Sequence record: OR352954
DNA length: 64,000 bases
Reading direction: 5' to 3' (one strand)
From: Escherichia phage AV124
The notes under the pieces were generated by a model that had not been told where the DNA came from, did not search any database, and was given only the letters and a program-made list of their open reading frames with translations. The translations under genes were made by a program, and so were the position numbers. Positions 28,502 to 37,909 of this stretch are shown here, piece by piece (position 1 is the first letter of the stretch; each line of letters begins with the position of its first letter).

Positions 28502-29408
28502 CGACAAAAAGAATTACTTTGGTTTCGGTGGGGGTTTTGGTGGGGAAGGTTCTTTCTGTTACCCAATGCCATCCCATGAGCATGTAATCTACATCCACGA
28601 TTTGGATTATATGGAAGATCACTTTAATAAATTACAACAAATTCGCCAAGCCAATCCCGACGATATGGTGCGTGTGATCATCAATACCTATGGTGGTCGT
28701 GTTGATATTGCAATGGCTTATGTGAGCGCGATGCGTGAGAGTCAAGCAACCGTGGTGACCCATGCAGAGGGGCAGGTGTGTTCTGCTGGGACAATCTTGT
28801 GGTTGGCTTGCAAAGAACGCACTGTAGCCCCGATGACGGAATTCATGTTCCACAACTATCAGGGAGGGGCATATGGAGACGGGGCCAATATCTATACCCA
28901 GGTGCTGTTCTACAAACAGCATTTCGATCGTTTAATCGATTATTTCTACAAGGGTGTTTTGACTGATGGGGAGATCAATACAATCAAGGGTGGTGGGCAG
29001 GTATGGCTGGATGAAGTGGAGATTACTAAAAGAACCCGTGCAGTAATCCTGGATGATAAAAATATCGAAAGGATGAAGTCAGGTAAAAATCCTATCGTAA
29101 ACCCCACTGGAAAACAGGCGGAGAAGGTTGCGGAGGAGAGTGTTGTTGGGACTGACGCTGAGAAATCAATTTGCTTGAAAGTGCATGTTGATGGGGAGGT
29201 TTTCTCTTTTGATGTAAGGACTCTAAAAGCCTCGGATTTCGATTCCTTTAATATTGACGAGATACAGAGTATTCTGTCACAGGTTGGTGCCTTGGCCCAA
29301 GGTGAGGAAGAACCTTTGGAGATTACCTCTCGTGATCGTAAGGCACTTATCGAAGCTATGCTTACAGCAGCTCAAGTAATAGTTGATACATACGGAGAAG
29401 ACGCATAA
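28491..29408 (+). CDS. ClpP-like (S14/S49) serine peptidase
   Basis: INTYGGRVDIAMA, GQVCSAG (Ser), MFHNY (His) in ClpP-like order. Confidence 0.5.
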   Translation: MQNNDKKNYFGFGGGFGGEGSFCYPMPSHEHVIYIHDLDYMEDHFNKLQQIRQANPDDMVRVIINTYGGRVDIAMAYVSAMRESQATVVTHAEGQVCSAGTILWLACKERTVAPMTEFMFHNYQGGAYGDGANIYTQVLFYKQHFDRLIDYFYKGVLTDGEINTIKGGGQVWLDEVEITKRTRAVILDDKNIERMKSGKNPIVNPTGKQAEKVAEESVVGTDAEKSICLKVHVDGEVFSFDVRTLKASDFDSFNIDEIQSILSQVGALAQGEEEPLEITSRDRKALIEAMLTAAQVIVDTYGEDA

Positions 29409-30091
29409 TGAGTGCTCCCCTGAAGAAAAAGGGGGAGCGTAGGGATTATGACGTCTATGAGACTCCTGAATGGGCCGTACAGGCCCTTTTGGATGTTATC
29501 CCTATCAACCCATCATGGACATACCTAGAGCCTTGTAGAGCGTCTGGGAGGTTCTATAATCACATGCCTCTCGGTTCAGCTTGGGGTGAAATTCGTGAAG
29601 GTGTAGATTATCTCAGTACCGATTATCCAAATCATGTTGATTGCATCATCACTAATCCTCCATATTCGTTGGCCCAAGAGTTTGTGACAAAAGCTCTTGA
29701 CGATGCCGATGTTGTGATTATGCTTTTGCGGTTAGGATTCCTTGAGAGCATGAAACGCTGGGAATGGTGGCAAGAGAATCCTATCACCAGTTTGATGGTG
29801 TTGTCTCAAAGACCATCGTTTACTGAAGATGGTAAAACAGATGGAAGTGGCTACGCTTACTTTGTTTGGGATAGAAAGAACAGGCTGAATCTTAAGCCAT
29901 TTTATTTTTTGGAGGGACAAGACGATGAGTGCCGCAAGCAAGATGCGAGGGATCGCAGAAATCGCAAACGCAGCAATCCCGCCCGAGATGAACCAGTTGT
30001 ACGACAACATGGTGGAGGGGATTCACCAATGTGCCAAGAAGGGACTTTTGGGGATGGGGATGGTGATAGATCTGCCGGATCACCTGCTTGA
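29408..30091 (+). CDS. N6-adenine DNA methyltransferase (C-terminal boundary uncertain)
   Basis: Motif I LEPCRASGRF, motif IV IITNPPYS; low-complexity Arg/Asp/Gly tail overlaps next ORF. Confidence 0.55.
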   Translation: MSAPLKKKGERRDYDVYETPEWAVQALLDVIPINPSWTYLEPCRASGRFYNHMPLGSAWGEIREGVDYLSTDYPNHVDCIITNPPYSLAQEFVTKALDDADVVIMLLRLGFLESMKRWEWWQENPITSLMVLSQRPSFTEDGKTDGSGYAYFVWDRKNRLNLKPFYFLEGQDDECRKQDARDRRNRKRSNPARDEPVVRQHGGGDSPMCQEGTFGDGDGDRSAGSPA

Positions 30092-30203
30092 TTATTTGCC
30101 TCATATTATTGCTGATCTTCGTGGTGGAGGTTTCGAGGTTGATGTCGTAGAAGTTGAACCCTCTATGCAAGGCATTAGAGCACGATTGTATATTACATGG
30201 TAA
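29925..30203 (+). CDS. hypothetical protein
   Basis: ORF ends immediately before strong terminator; overlaps MTase frame by ~167 nt. Confidence 0.45.
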   Translation: MSAASKMRGIAEIANAAIPPEMNQLYDNMVEGIHQCAKKGLLGMGMVIDLPDHLLDYLPHIIADLRGGGFEVDVVEVEPSMQGIRARLYITW

Positions 30204-30230
30204 ACCTGCTTCGGCAGGTTTTTTTTTTTC
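30203..30230 (+). terminator. rho-independent terminator
   Basis: aacctgc-ttcg-gcaggtt hairpin followed by T10. Confidence 0.7.
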
Positions 30231-30240
30231 GTTTTTTCAC

Positions 30241-30269
30241 TTGACTCCCTGCAAAGCTTCAATTATGCT
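30241..30269 (+). promoter_or_regulatory. sigma70-type promoter (TTGACT-N17-TATGCT)
   Basis: Hexamers directly after terminator, upstream of GAGGAG RBS. Confidence 0.45.
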
Positions 30270-30291
30270 TCTCGTATTAGAGGAGATTGCT

Positions 30292-30570
30292 ATGAAATTC
30301 TACATTTATCACCGTCCTATGCACACCATCAAATTCAAAGAGTACATGGGCGACCTGATCCATGTTTCTTGTGAAGATAAAGATTTCAGCCCGGATGGGG
30401 AGCGATGGAAAATTAAACGTTGCAATCGTCCTGAGGCTGTGTATAATCGATTGAACAAAATGCTAGCTTCTGGTGGCGTCCCTTCAGATGGTATTTATCC
30501 ACTATCAGACAAACGATCACTTAAGGATCTGGTTTCTTATATGAATACTTGGGAGAAACATAATGACTAA
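30292..30570 (+). CDS. hypothetical protein
   Basis: GAGGAG RBS before ATG; track ORF start 30154 lies within terminator. Confidence 0.45.
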   Translation: MKFYIYHRPMHTIKFKEYMGDLIHVSCEDKDFSPDGERWKIKRCNRPEAVYNRLNKMLASGGVPSDGIYPLSDKRSLKDLVSYMNTWEKHND

Positions 30571-30880
30571 TAAAACTTATACCGTTGTTAAAGACCTGTG
30601 CAATGAAAATATGGGAACACCATCAACTGTCGGACAAAGTGTAACAACAGTCGTGGCAGTTCCTGCTGACACCACTGTGGTTGTGTTCGATCAGGAAGGT
30701 CAGTTTTGTTTCACCTCTACAGTTCGTAGCGATGTATTTCTTACCAAGGGTGGGAAATCTAGGAGCAAAGATGGGTTTGGTGGTGCAATCCTAGACCGAA
30801 TTTTTGCTTTCCGTATCAACGGTGTTTGGTATGAGGGCAACGATGTGTATACGGCAGAAGAGCTGGGGATTAATGAATGA
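30563..30880 (+). CDS. hypothetical protein
   Basis: ORF. Confidence 0.45.
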   Translation: MTNKTYTVVKDLCNENMGTPSTVGQSVTTVVAVPADTTVVVFDQEGQFCFTSTVRSDVFLTKGGKSRSKDGFGGAILDRIFAFRINGVWYEGNDVYTAEELGINE

Positions 30881-31161
30881 ATCTTTATGCAAAGCTTACC
30901 AATCCGAATGCGGGTTGGCCTTATGATGGAAAACGAGCAAAAGAGTTTTTGAAAACTCACGAGGAGGAAGAAATTCTCTCTGTGCTTGAGGTCGCTATTG
31001 GTCGTAGCAGCACAGACATAACTCTGGAGGGGTATGGAAAAAACTGGAACAGTGTTCAGTTTACATTTTTCGTTGAAGGTGAAAATGGTCTTGAAGAGTA
31101 CGATATCTTCATGAATAAAAACAACCTGCCCCAAATTTATAAAACTTACGTGATGTGGTGA
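30877..31161 (+). CDS. hypothetical protein
   Basis: ORF, ATGA overlap. Confidence 0.45.
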   Translation: MNLYAKLTNPNAGWPYDGKRAKEFLKTHEEEEILSVLEVAIGRSSTDITLEGYGKNWNSVQFTFFVEGENGLEEYDIFMNKNNLPQIYKTYVMW

Positions 31162-31165
31162 TGGT

Positions 31166-31432
31166 ATGAAAGTAACTGCATTTGTGAAATATGATTTGTA
31201 TCCGTATTACGTTGTTCTTGAGGGCGACCTGCAAGATAATTTCGATGTGAAAACATCATGCGGTACATATAACCGTGGAAAGGTGATATGTGTCAGACCA
31301 ATTGATGAGTTTGGTAAACACCAAGAGGCTCGCAATACTATTACAAAAGAATATGATCGACTTCATCGTCAATTAAAGGTTGACGTGTTGAGGCATAACG
31401 GTGTAAACTTCATCAACACAGAAAATTTCTAA
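31166..31432 (+). CDS. hypothetical protein
   Basis: ORF. Confidence 0.45.
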   Translation: MKVTAFVKYDLYPYYVVLEGDLQDNFDVKTSCGTYNRGKVICVRPIDEFGKHQEARNTITKEYDRLHRQLKVDVLRHNGVNFINTENF

Positions 31433-31442
31433 GGAGAAAAGA

Positions 31443-31944
31443 ATGAGATCCATTGTTCCGGTTAAGGGCTTGGAGGGATTATACTCTGTTAACTTTTTCG
31501 GAGCTGTGTATTCTCATCGGTCTGAAAAATTTCTGAAACCAGAAAGAATGCCAGACGGATACCTACGTTATACACTAATTGATGAGAGGGGCAGAAAAAT
31601 ACGTAGGCAGGCCCATATCTTTACCTTGGAGTCCTACCCTGGAGGTATTTATCAAGAAGAGGTCAACCATAAGGACCACGTCAGGGATAACAATTGGATT
31701 GGAAACTTAGAGTGGGTGTAATGTAGAGCACGGGAAATCAAGAAGCTTCATAATTACATTTCCCGATGGCAGAAAAGAGAAGGTATTCAACCTCAGTAAG
31801 TTTTGCAGGGACAATGATTTACACTTGGGGGCAATGCATGAAATGGCAACGGGAAGGATTAGAGAAGGAAGATCCCTAAGAACTCACCACAAAGGTTATT
31901 TCTGTGAATATGACCAGGACTATACAGAATCAGGAGAATGGTAA
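31443..31944 (+). pseudogene. disrupted HNH homing endonuclease (NUMOD4/HNH N-terminal ORF plus out-of-frame C-terminal segment)
   Basis: 31443..31721 encodes GLEGLYSVN...VNHKDHVRDNNWIGNLEWV then stop; a +1 frame stays open ~73 codons to 31944. Confidence 0.45.
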
Positions 31945-33200
31945 TGCAAGATAAGAAGATCTATTTGGTTGGTGGAGCCGTAAGGGACTCCTTGCTCGGT
32001 AGGCCCGTGCATGACAAGGACTATGTTTGTGTCGGGTACACACACGAAGAGATGATCGCCGCCGGATTTACACAGGTTGGTGCAAATTTTGCAGTATACC
32101 TTCATCCTGAAACCAAAGAAGAATACGCACTGGCCCGTACTGAGCGCAAAACGGGTGAGGGCCATACTGGCTTTGAGACCTTCTTCAGCCCGGATGTAAC
32201 TCTGGAAGAGGATTTATCGCGTCGTGACCTGACGATCAATGCGATGGCTAAAGACATGGAAACAGGATTTATCATTGATCCGTTCAACGGTATGCATGAC
32301 CTGTGCAACAGGACTCTTCGTCATACCACTTCGGCATTCATGGATGACCCATTACGTATCCTGCGACTTTTCCGATTCAAGGCCCAGCTGGGTGATGGTT
32401 GGACTGTCGATCATGAGACATATAGTCTCGCTTACAACAACCGTTACCGCCTGGCAGAAATTAGCCCAGAACGCAAATGGAAGGAGATGGAGAAAGCTCT
32501 TAATTCCAACAACTTTATGAGTTATGCTTACGAAATGGCCGTGCTTGGTGAACTCCCAGAGCTAGATGCCCTTCATGGTGTAGAGCAACCACCTGAGCAT
32601 CATCCAGAGGGTGATGCCTTCATCCACACCCTGATGTGCCTGGAGCAGGCAGACAAAACCTTTTGCTCTCCTCAGGTGAAATTTGCGGTGCTGTGCCATG
32701 ACTTTGGAAAGGCGATCACTTTCCGTAAGTACGGTAATCTCCTCGGTCATGAAGAAGCTGGTCTTGATCCTGTGCGGACGCTGTGCAGTCGAATTCGAGT
32801 TCCTAACGAATTCAGGGATATTGCACTGTACGTGACAGAGCACCATACTCGTGTGCATTGCATTTTGGGCCGTGGGAATAATAAAGGAATCAAGCCACGT
32901 TCCATGATGAAGCTTTTCGAAGCCGCAGGTAACGTGGCTAGTCAGAAGACACAGGACAAGGTGTTTGCCTTAGCAGACGCTTGTTTCTGCGATGCCCGTG
33001 GTCGTGGTGCCACGCACGCAGATAAGGAATACCCGCAAGGAAAAATTCTCCTTGATGCTTTCGATGCGGTTGTAAATACGGACAGCAAGGCGGTATCTTC
33101 AGCAATGCTGGAGAAAGGAAAAAGCGGCAAGGAGATCGGTGAGGCGATCCGTGTTGCACGTATTGATGCAATTCGTAATGTCCTTAAGGAGAGATCATGA
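31938..33200 (+). CDS. CCA tRNA nucleotidyltransferase (Pol-beta head + HD domain)
   Basis: N-terminal GGAVRDSLLGRPVHDKDYV motif; C-terminal HD-type region. Confidence 0.75.
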   Translation: MVMQDKKIYLVGGAVRDSLLGRPVHDKDYVCVGYTHEEMIAAGFTQVGANFAVYLHPETKEEYALARTERKTGEGHTGFETFFSPDVTLEEDLSRRDLTINAMAKDMETGFIIDPFNGMHDLCNRTLRHTTSAFMDDPLRILRLFRFKAQLGDGWTVDHETYSLAYNNRYRLAEISPERKWKEMEKALNSNNFMSYAYEMAVLGELPELDALHGVEQPPEHHPEGDAFIHTLMCLEQADKTFCSPQVKFAVLCHDFGKAITFRKYGNLLGHEEAGLDPVRTLCSRIRVPNEFRDIALYVTEHHTRVHCILGRGNNKGIKPRSMMKLFEAAGNVASQKTQDKVFALADACFCDARGRGATHADKEYPQGKILLDAFDAVVNTDSKAVSSAMLEKGKSGKEIGEAIRVARIDAIRNVLKERS

Positions 33201-33655
33201 AACTTGTAAGTCACGAAGATTTTAACTTGTGGTGGATAAGACGTTCTCCAAAGAATATTATAGACGCGAAGGCAGAGTATGCTCGACTTGTGGCGAGATG
33301 TGATTACCCGGCTTGGGAATTCCTTAAGTTCTTGGAAAAAGAGGCGAACAACTTTAGGACTGCAAATGAAGGGAAAAGGAAATTTCTTGTGTGGAAAAAT
33401 GGAGAGCTTCCTTTCCGCATAGAGAAGGTGGAAATCTTCGATATAACTGAGTATGGGGCTGATCACGCAATCAGTTTTAAAGGAATTTCTTGGGCGACTC
33501 TGTTTGAGAGAACGCTGCTCAACCATGCGTTAGCAAGACTTTTCAACCTGGCAGACAGCCACACGGAAAAAGATGAGAAACTGCTTGAACTTGAATCTTT
33601 CCAACAGACCAGAAATGAACTTGGGAATTGGCTGGAGGAGCAGAATAATGCCTAA
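33197..33655 (+). CDS. hypothetical protein
   Basis: ORF, ATGA overlap. Confidence 0.45.
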   Translation: MKLVSHEDFNLWWIRRSPKNIIDAKAEYARLVARCDYPAWEFLKFLEKEANNFRTANEGKRKFLVWKNGELPFRIEKVEIFDITEYGADHAISFKGISWATLFERTLLNHALARLFNLADSHTEKDEKLLELESFQQTRNELGNWLEEQNNA

Positions 33656-33857
33656 GGACAAAGAGGAGTACACTTACGAGAAACACCATTTCTTTCTGGA
33701 CAAACACGCAGGGAAACAAGTTTGTGCTTGGTGCGGCTTAGTCGCCCTGCGTAACAAGGCCACAGACTGGTGTATCGAAAAAGGTTGTAATTATCGCTTG
33801 CATCCAAGCTACAAGGGTGCTATGTTTAAATACACAGAGTTCTTTAAAAAAGGATAG
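33648..33857 (+). CDS. small Cys-containing protein
   Basis: ORF with RBS; CAWCG..C motif. Confidence 0.4.
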   Translation: MPKDKEEYTYEKHHFFLDKHAGKQVCAWCGLVALRNKATDWCIEKGCNYRLHPSYKGAMFKYTEFFKKG

Positions 33858-33861
33858 AAAA

Positions 33862-34173
33862 ATGAATTATCTTGATGACGTTGTACTCCCTGTATGGAGA
33901 TTTATTTTTGATAACGCAGCCTTGTTGGTTATCGTTCTAAGCATCTTGGCTGGATTGTGTGTTGGTATCGTTTATCGTGCAGAGGATGATACAATCTGGG
34001 ATAAGTATGGAATACCGGCTTTTATAGCTGCTATGTGCGGTTTATTCCTTCCGGTGATTATAGGCTTGGGTATTCTACTTCTTCCTGCATTTATATTCCT
34101 CGCCATAACTGCGGCTATCAGTTTGGGGGTGTTCCTTCTGGTTAAGTTTGTGAAGGAAAGGAAAGAAAAATGA
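33862..34173 (+). CDS. membrane protein
   Basis: Multiple TM-like helices. Confidence 0.45.
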   Translation: MNYLDDVVLPVWRFIFDNAALLVIVLSILAGLCVGIVYRAEDDTIWDKYGIPAFIAAMCGLFLPVIIGLGILLLPAFIFLAITAAISLGVFLLVKFVKERKEK

Positions 34174-34385
34174 TTTTTGCCATTATCTATATTATTCTCA
34201 GTATTATCACAGCGGGAGCTGTAATTTATTACACCCTTCGTGAACAAGATTTGCTGAGGGTAGAAGATATTTTAACTTCCCTGATCTGCGGTGTTTTTTG
34301 GTGGTTAACTATTTTATGCGGCGCCCGTGCTTGGATAGGAAAGCATCTTAATAGCAGGACAGTTGTGTATAGGAGAAAGAAATAA
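34170..34385 (+). CDS. small membrane protein
   Basis: Two TM-like helices; ATGA overlap. Confidence 0.4.
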   Translation: MIFAIIYIILSIITAGAVIYYTLREQDLLRVEDILTSLICGVFWWLTILCGARAWIGKHLNSRTVVYRRKK

Positions 34386-34876
34386 TGAAGACACGCATGT
34401 ATTGCGTAGTAAATCAGTATATTGCAGGTATCCATGCCGGAATTCAGTCTGCTCATGCCATGACTGAAGTGTTCTTAGACTACCCACAGCGTAGGAACAA
34501 GGCCAGCAACCTGTTGTGGGACTGGGCGGATAGCGATAAGACGATGATCGTCCTTAATGGTGGCTACCAGTCAAACTTACAGGACCTTTGTTCAAAATTG
34601 CGGTTTCTCAGTGGCACTTACCCGTGGGCATTTTTCTGTGAAGAACACGATGCTCTAAACGGGGCAATGACAGCAGTTGCTGTTGTACTGCCGGAGTATA
34701 TGTACAACCCACAATACATGGAAGTTACGGATCTCGTATATCGACCAGGCCAACTCGTAGGGCCGCAGATTGCTAACCAGTACCGGGACGAGCTGGGCAA
34801 TGTGGTCCACAACTACACCCAAACAGAGAAAGACTTGATCACCATGATCAAATCCTTCCGCCTGAAAGGCGAATAA
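34385..34876 (+). CDS. hypothetical protein
   Basis: ORF. Confidence 0.45.
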   Translation: MKTRMYCVVNQYIAGIHAGIQSAHAMTEVFLDYPQRRNKASNLLWDWADSDKTMIVLNGGYQSNLQDLCSKLRFLSGTYPWAFFCEEHDALNGAMTAVAVVLPEYMYNPQYMEVTDLVYRPGQLVGPQIANQYRDELGNVVHNYTQTEKDLITMIKSFRLKGE

Positions 34877-34877
34877 T

Positions 34878-35252
34878 ATGAATGATGTTCGTGGTGATAC
34901 TCTCAAGGTCGGCGACTCAGTTTATATTTATTTCGGGTACAATGAACTAAAACCTGGTATTGTAAAGCAGATCCGTGGTAAGCTGGCTAAGGTGCTGGTT
35001 GATGCATACCCTAACCGGGAAGACGACGAGAGTCGTTATTCCCTATCTAAGTGGAAACCTGGTGTCTGCATGATCAAGGCTGATGAGCCTACAGGTTGGT
35101 ATCCCGACGAGGTTATCCTACTCTTAGAAGAGATCCGCAGGTTGCGGGATGAGGCCCCTAGTAACAAAGAAGGTTTACCGACTAAACAACTATGCCAATA
35201 CCTCTTGAATTATTGGGATAGAAAACGACCATGTAACCTAGTCTGTTCATAA
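34878..35252 (+). CDS. hypothetical protein
   Basis: ORF. Confidence 0.45.
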   Translation: MNDVRGDTLKVGDSVYIYFGYNELKPGIVKQIRGKLAKVLVDAYPNREDDESRYSLSKWKPGVCMIKADEPTGWYPDEVILLLEEIRRLRDEAPSNKEGLPTKQLCQYLLNYWDRKRPCNLVCS

Positions 35253-35261
35253 GGAGAGATA

Positions 35262-36332
35262 ATGGAAAAGTTTGAAGTGATGCGATGCTATTCCGGTAGC
35301 CTCGCTTATGGCACAAATCTTCCAACTAGTGATGTGGATATTCGGGGTCTGTTCTGCGCCCCACCTAAATTCATCCGCACGCCGTTCTTTAACATCAAAG
35401 AGCAAACCTTGGAAGATGAAGAGGATGGGAAGATTTATGAGTTGACAAACTTCATGAGATTGTTTTCAGAGATGAACCCCAACATCATTGAACTGATGTT
35501 TGTCGATGACAAAGACATTTTACAAACCTCTGAAGTTTATGAATATCTTCGCACAATGGCCCCGGCACTGCTGACCAGTAAGGTAGCGTTCTCCTTCTCT
35601 GGGTATGCGATGGCACAGCTTAAACGTATTCGCGGTCATGATAAGTGGATCAGCAATCCGCAGCCTGAAGAAAAGCCTACGCAAAAAGAGTTCTTCCGAT
35701 TAGTTCACAACTATAGTGAGAACGAATTCCTTGCCGGGGCAATTAAGCACGATCGCTTCATGGAAGCAATGAACAATCTCAACGATATGTGTATCCTTGT
35801 ACCTTATGGGAACGATATCTATGGGGTGATGGAAAACTTCAGTAGCTCAGGGATGTTCAATGCTAACGGTTCAATTCGCCATGTTGACTATCAGCAACTT
35901 TCTGACTCTGACAAGCGGAGAAAACCTGTCTTTATTGTCAAATATTTGGCAGAGGAACACAAACAGGCCAAAGAGAAGCATCGTAACTATTGGACATGGA
36001 AACAGAACCGAAATGAAGTTCGTCACCAGCTCGAAGTTGATTTTGGTTATGACACGAAACATGCGATGCACCTTGTGCGCCTGATGCGTATGGCAGAAGA
36101 GATTCTTTCTGATGGGAAGGTCCTAGTGAAGCGTCCTGATGCTCAGGAACTTCTCGACATCCGGGCAGGTAAGTGGACTCTTGACGAACTGCTCTCTTGG
36201 GCTGATGAGAAGGACCGTTATATTCGTGAGGATCTGTACAAAAAGACACAGCTTCCTAAAATGGCGGATCTTGACCTGTTTGCTAGGGTTCTCATGACGG
36301 CTCAGGATATGTGTTGGAGTAAACTGGTATGA
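35262..36332 (+). CDS. Pol-beta-superfamily nucleotidyltransferase (RlaP-like)
   Basis: N-terminal YSGSLAYGTNLPTSDVDIRGLF (GS...D.D motif). Confidence 0.45.
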   Translation: MEKFEVMRCYSGSLAYGTNLPTSDVDIRGLFCAPPKFIRTPFFNIKEQTLEDEEDGKIYELTNFMRLFSEMNPNIIELMFVDDKDILQTSEVYEYLRTMAPALLTSKVAFSFSGYAMAQLKRIRGHDKWISNPQPEEKPTQKEFFRLVHNYSENEFLAGAIKHDRFMEAMNNLNDMCILVPYGNDIYGVMENFSSSGMFNANGSIRHVDYQQLSDSDKRRKPVFIVKYLAEEHKQAKEKHRNYWTWKQNRNEVRHQLEVDFGYDTKHAMHLVRLMRMAEEILSDGKVLVKRPDAQELLDIRAGKWTLDELLSWADEKDRYIREDLYKKTQLPKMADLDLFARVLMTAQDMCWSKLV

Positions 36333-36541
36333 TTGAAGCACTGGTAGGAATATTTGGTGTTGCATATTCAATCATTGGCGTGATATACTCAATCAGGATG
36401 GAAAAGGACACAGTCCTTAAGCAAATCTATAAAGCCAAGACGGACCGGGACTGGTCTGAAATTTGTTTCACCATCGGTTTTGCATGGCCCTTCGGGGCCT
36501 TAATCCACTATGTTATGAGGAGAAGAAATGCGACAGCTTGA
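36329..36541 (+). CDS. small membrane protein
   Basis: TM-like helices. Confidence 0.4.
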   Translation: MIEALVGIFGVAYSIIGVIYSIRMEKDTVLKQIYKAKTDRDWSEICFTIGFAWPFGALIHYVMRRRNATA

Positions 36542-36700
36542 GTTTATGGGGAGAATGGTAGAACTGGTTTCCGAATGGCAATCAGAATATAAGATGCACA
36601 GGAATCTCTCCGAAGAGCCTGAGAACTGGCCCGACACCAGAGATCAGGAAGATTGGTTGGGTGATTTCTTTGTTTGGCTACAATGTAAGGGGTATACAGT

Positions 36701-36937
36701 ATGAGCTATGGGCCACTGACCGCAGAGCAGGCTAAGATCCTGCAAGACCGTTATTATGAGCAGCAAGGTATCAAGAAAGTTGTCTGGCCTTCTCCCGGTG
36801 ATGGTGATACCGGAACTGTGAAATGCATGCACGACGCTTGTCCTAATTGTGGTGGCACGGGTGTCAGAAAAGATGGCACTGGTTTATGCGTTCACGGCAT
36901 CTCTTGCCCTTGCCCTAAATGCAGCTTTAAGTGCTGA
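36701..36937 (+). CDS. Cys-rich zinc-binding-like protein
   Basis: CMHDACPNCGGTG...CVHGISCPCPKC. Confidence 0.4.
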   Translation: MSYGPLTAEQAKILQDRYYEQQGIKKVVWPSPGDGDTGTVKCMHDACPNCGGTGVRKDGTGLCVHGISCPCPKCSFKC

Positions 36938-37009
36938 ATCGTCCCTATCTTATATGATAACCCTGTTTTTCATGATAAAATGGATCTATCATTAAGATAG
37001 GAGGCTAGT

Positions 37010-37489
37010 ATGTTTCAAAAGATTGTACGTGAACACCCTATCCTTCGAGAGCACTGGCATACTCTGCTGGAAAAGGGTTTTATAGAAAACTCAAAAGGTT
37101 GCATCGCTCTCGTAAGGGAGCCTGTGACAGAAGAACGAGTTCTCGTCATAAGGGATGCCAAAAACGGCATCCTTTTTTCTATCAAAGTTGGTCGTCTGGA
37201 CGTCACTAGGGGTTCAAATACCATAAGACCAACAACTTACACTTTTCGTGTTGGAGACATGGGGAAGCTCTATCCAGAACATCTGGAAGAGGCCTTTGAT
37301 AGTTATGAAGGGTTCGAAGCCTCTATTCGTGATCTCTATAGATCGTTGGATAGGATTATCAGTGAACACAAGAAAACGCTAGGTGTAAAATACCGAGTAA
37401 AAGACTGGTTCAGAAATTCCAATAACCGCTGGTTTCTCCTAGCGGCAGTTCTCTACGGCCTGTTGACGGTATTTCTGACCTTGCACTAA
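37010..37489 (+). CDS. hypothetical protein with C-terminal TM helix
   Basis: AGGAGG RBS; hydrophobic C-terminus. Confidence 0.45.
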   Translation: MFQKIVREHPILREHWHTLLEKGFIENSKGCIALVREPVTEERVLVIRDAKNGILFSIKVGRLDVTRGSNTIRPTTYTFRVGDMGKLYPEHLEEAFDSYEGFEASIRDLYRSLDRIISEHKKTLGVKYRVKDWFRNSNNRWFLLAAVLYGLLTVFLTLH

Positions 37490-37501
37490 GAGGAGATTCT
37501 T

Positions 37502-37876
37502 ATGAGAGATCGTCAGGAGTATTATCGTCAGTATGCCGCCCGTCGTCGTGAGATTGATCGTCAGCGGCGTTCTACACCAGAAGGTAAAGCAGAACAACTT
37601 CGTATCCGTCTTGCCCGTATTGAAGCAGAGAAACGCGCTACCCTTCATAGTGAGTGGGATGAGTTTGTCAGGGATGAGGCTGATCACTTGTGTTCTGTTC
37701 GTTGTGAAGATACTGGTATCAAGTGGGAACCAGACCACATGCTACCACTAAGGGCAACCAAAGTATCCGGCCTTAACTGTGGTGATAATATACAGGTGAT
37801 ACCTGCAACTCTCAACAGGAAGAAGAAAAACCGTATGATTTATACCGAAATGAATGAATGGTTGAAAGATGTATAG
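37502..37876 (+). CDS. HNH endonuclease
   Basis: C..C...WEPDHMLPL...GDNIQVIPATLNRKK HNH-like motif. Confidence 0.5.
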   Translation: MRDRQEYYRQYAARRREIDRQRRSTPEGKAEQLRIRLARIEAEKRATLHSEWDEFVRDEADHLCSVRCEDTGIKWEPDHMLPLRATKVSGLNCGDNIQVIPATLNRKKKNRMIYTEMNEWLKDV

Positions 37877-37909
37877 AAAAAACCCGGCGATTGCCGGTTT
37901 TTTTTTTAT
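37877..37909. terminator. bidirectional rho-independent terminator
   Basis: A6-cccggc-gatt-gccgg-T10; plus-strand genes end to the left, minus-strand genes to the right. Confidence 0.65.
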
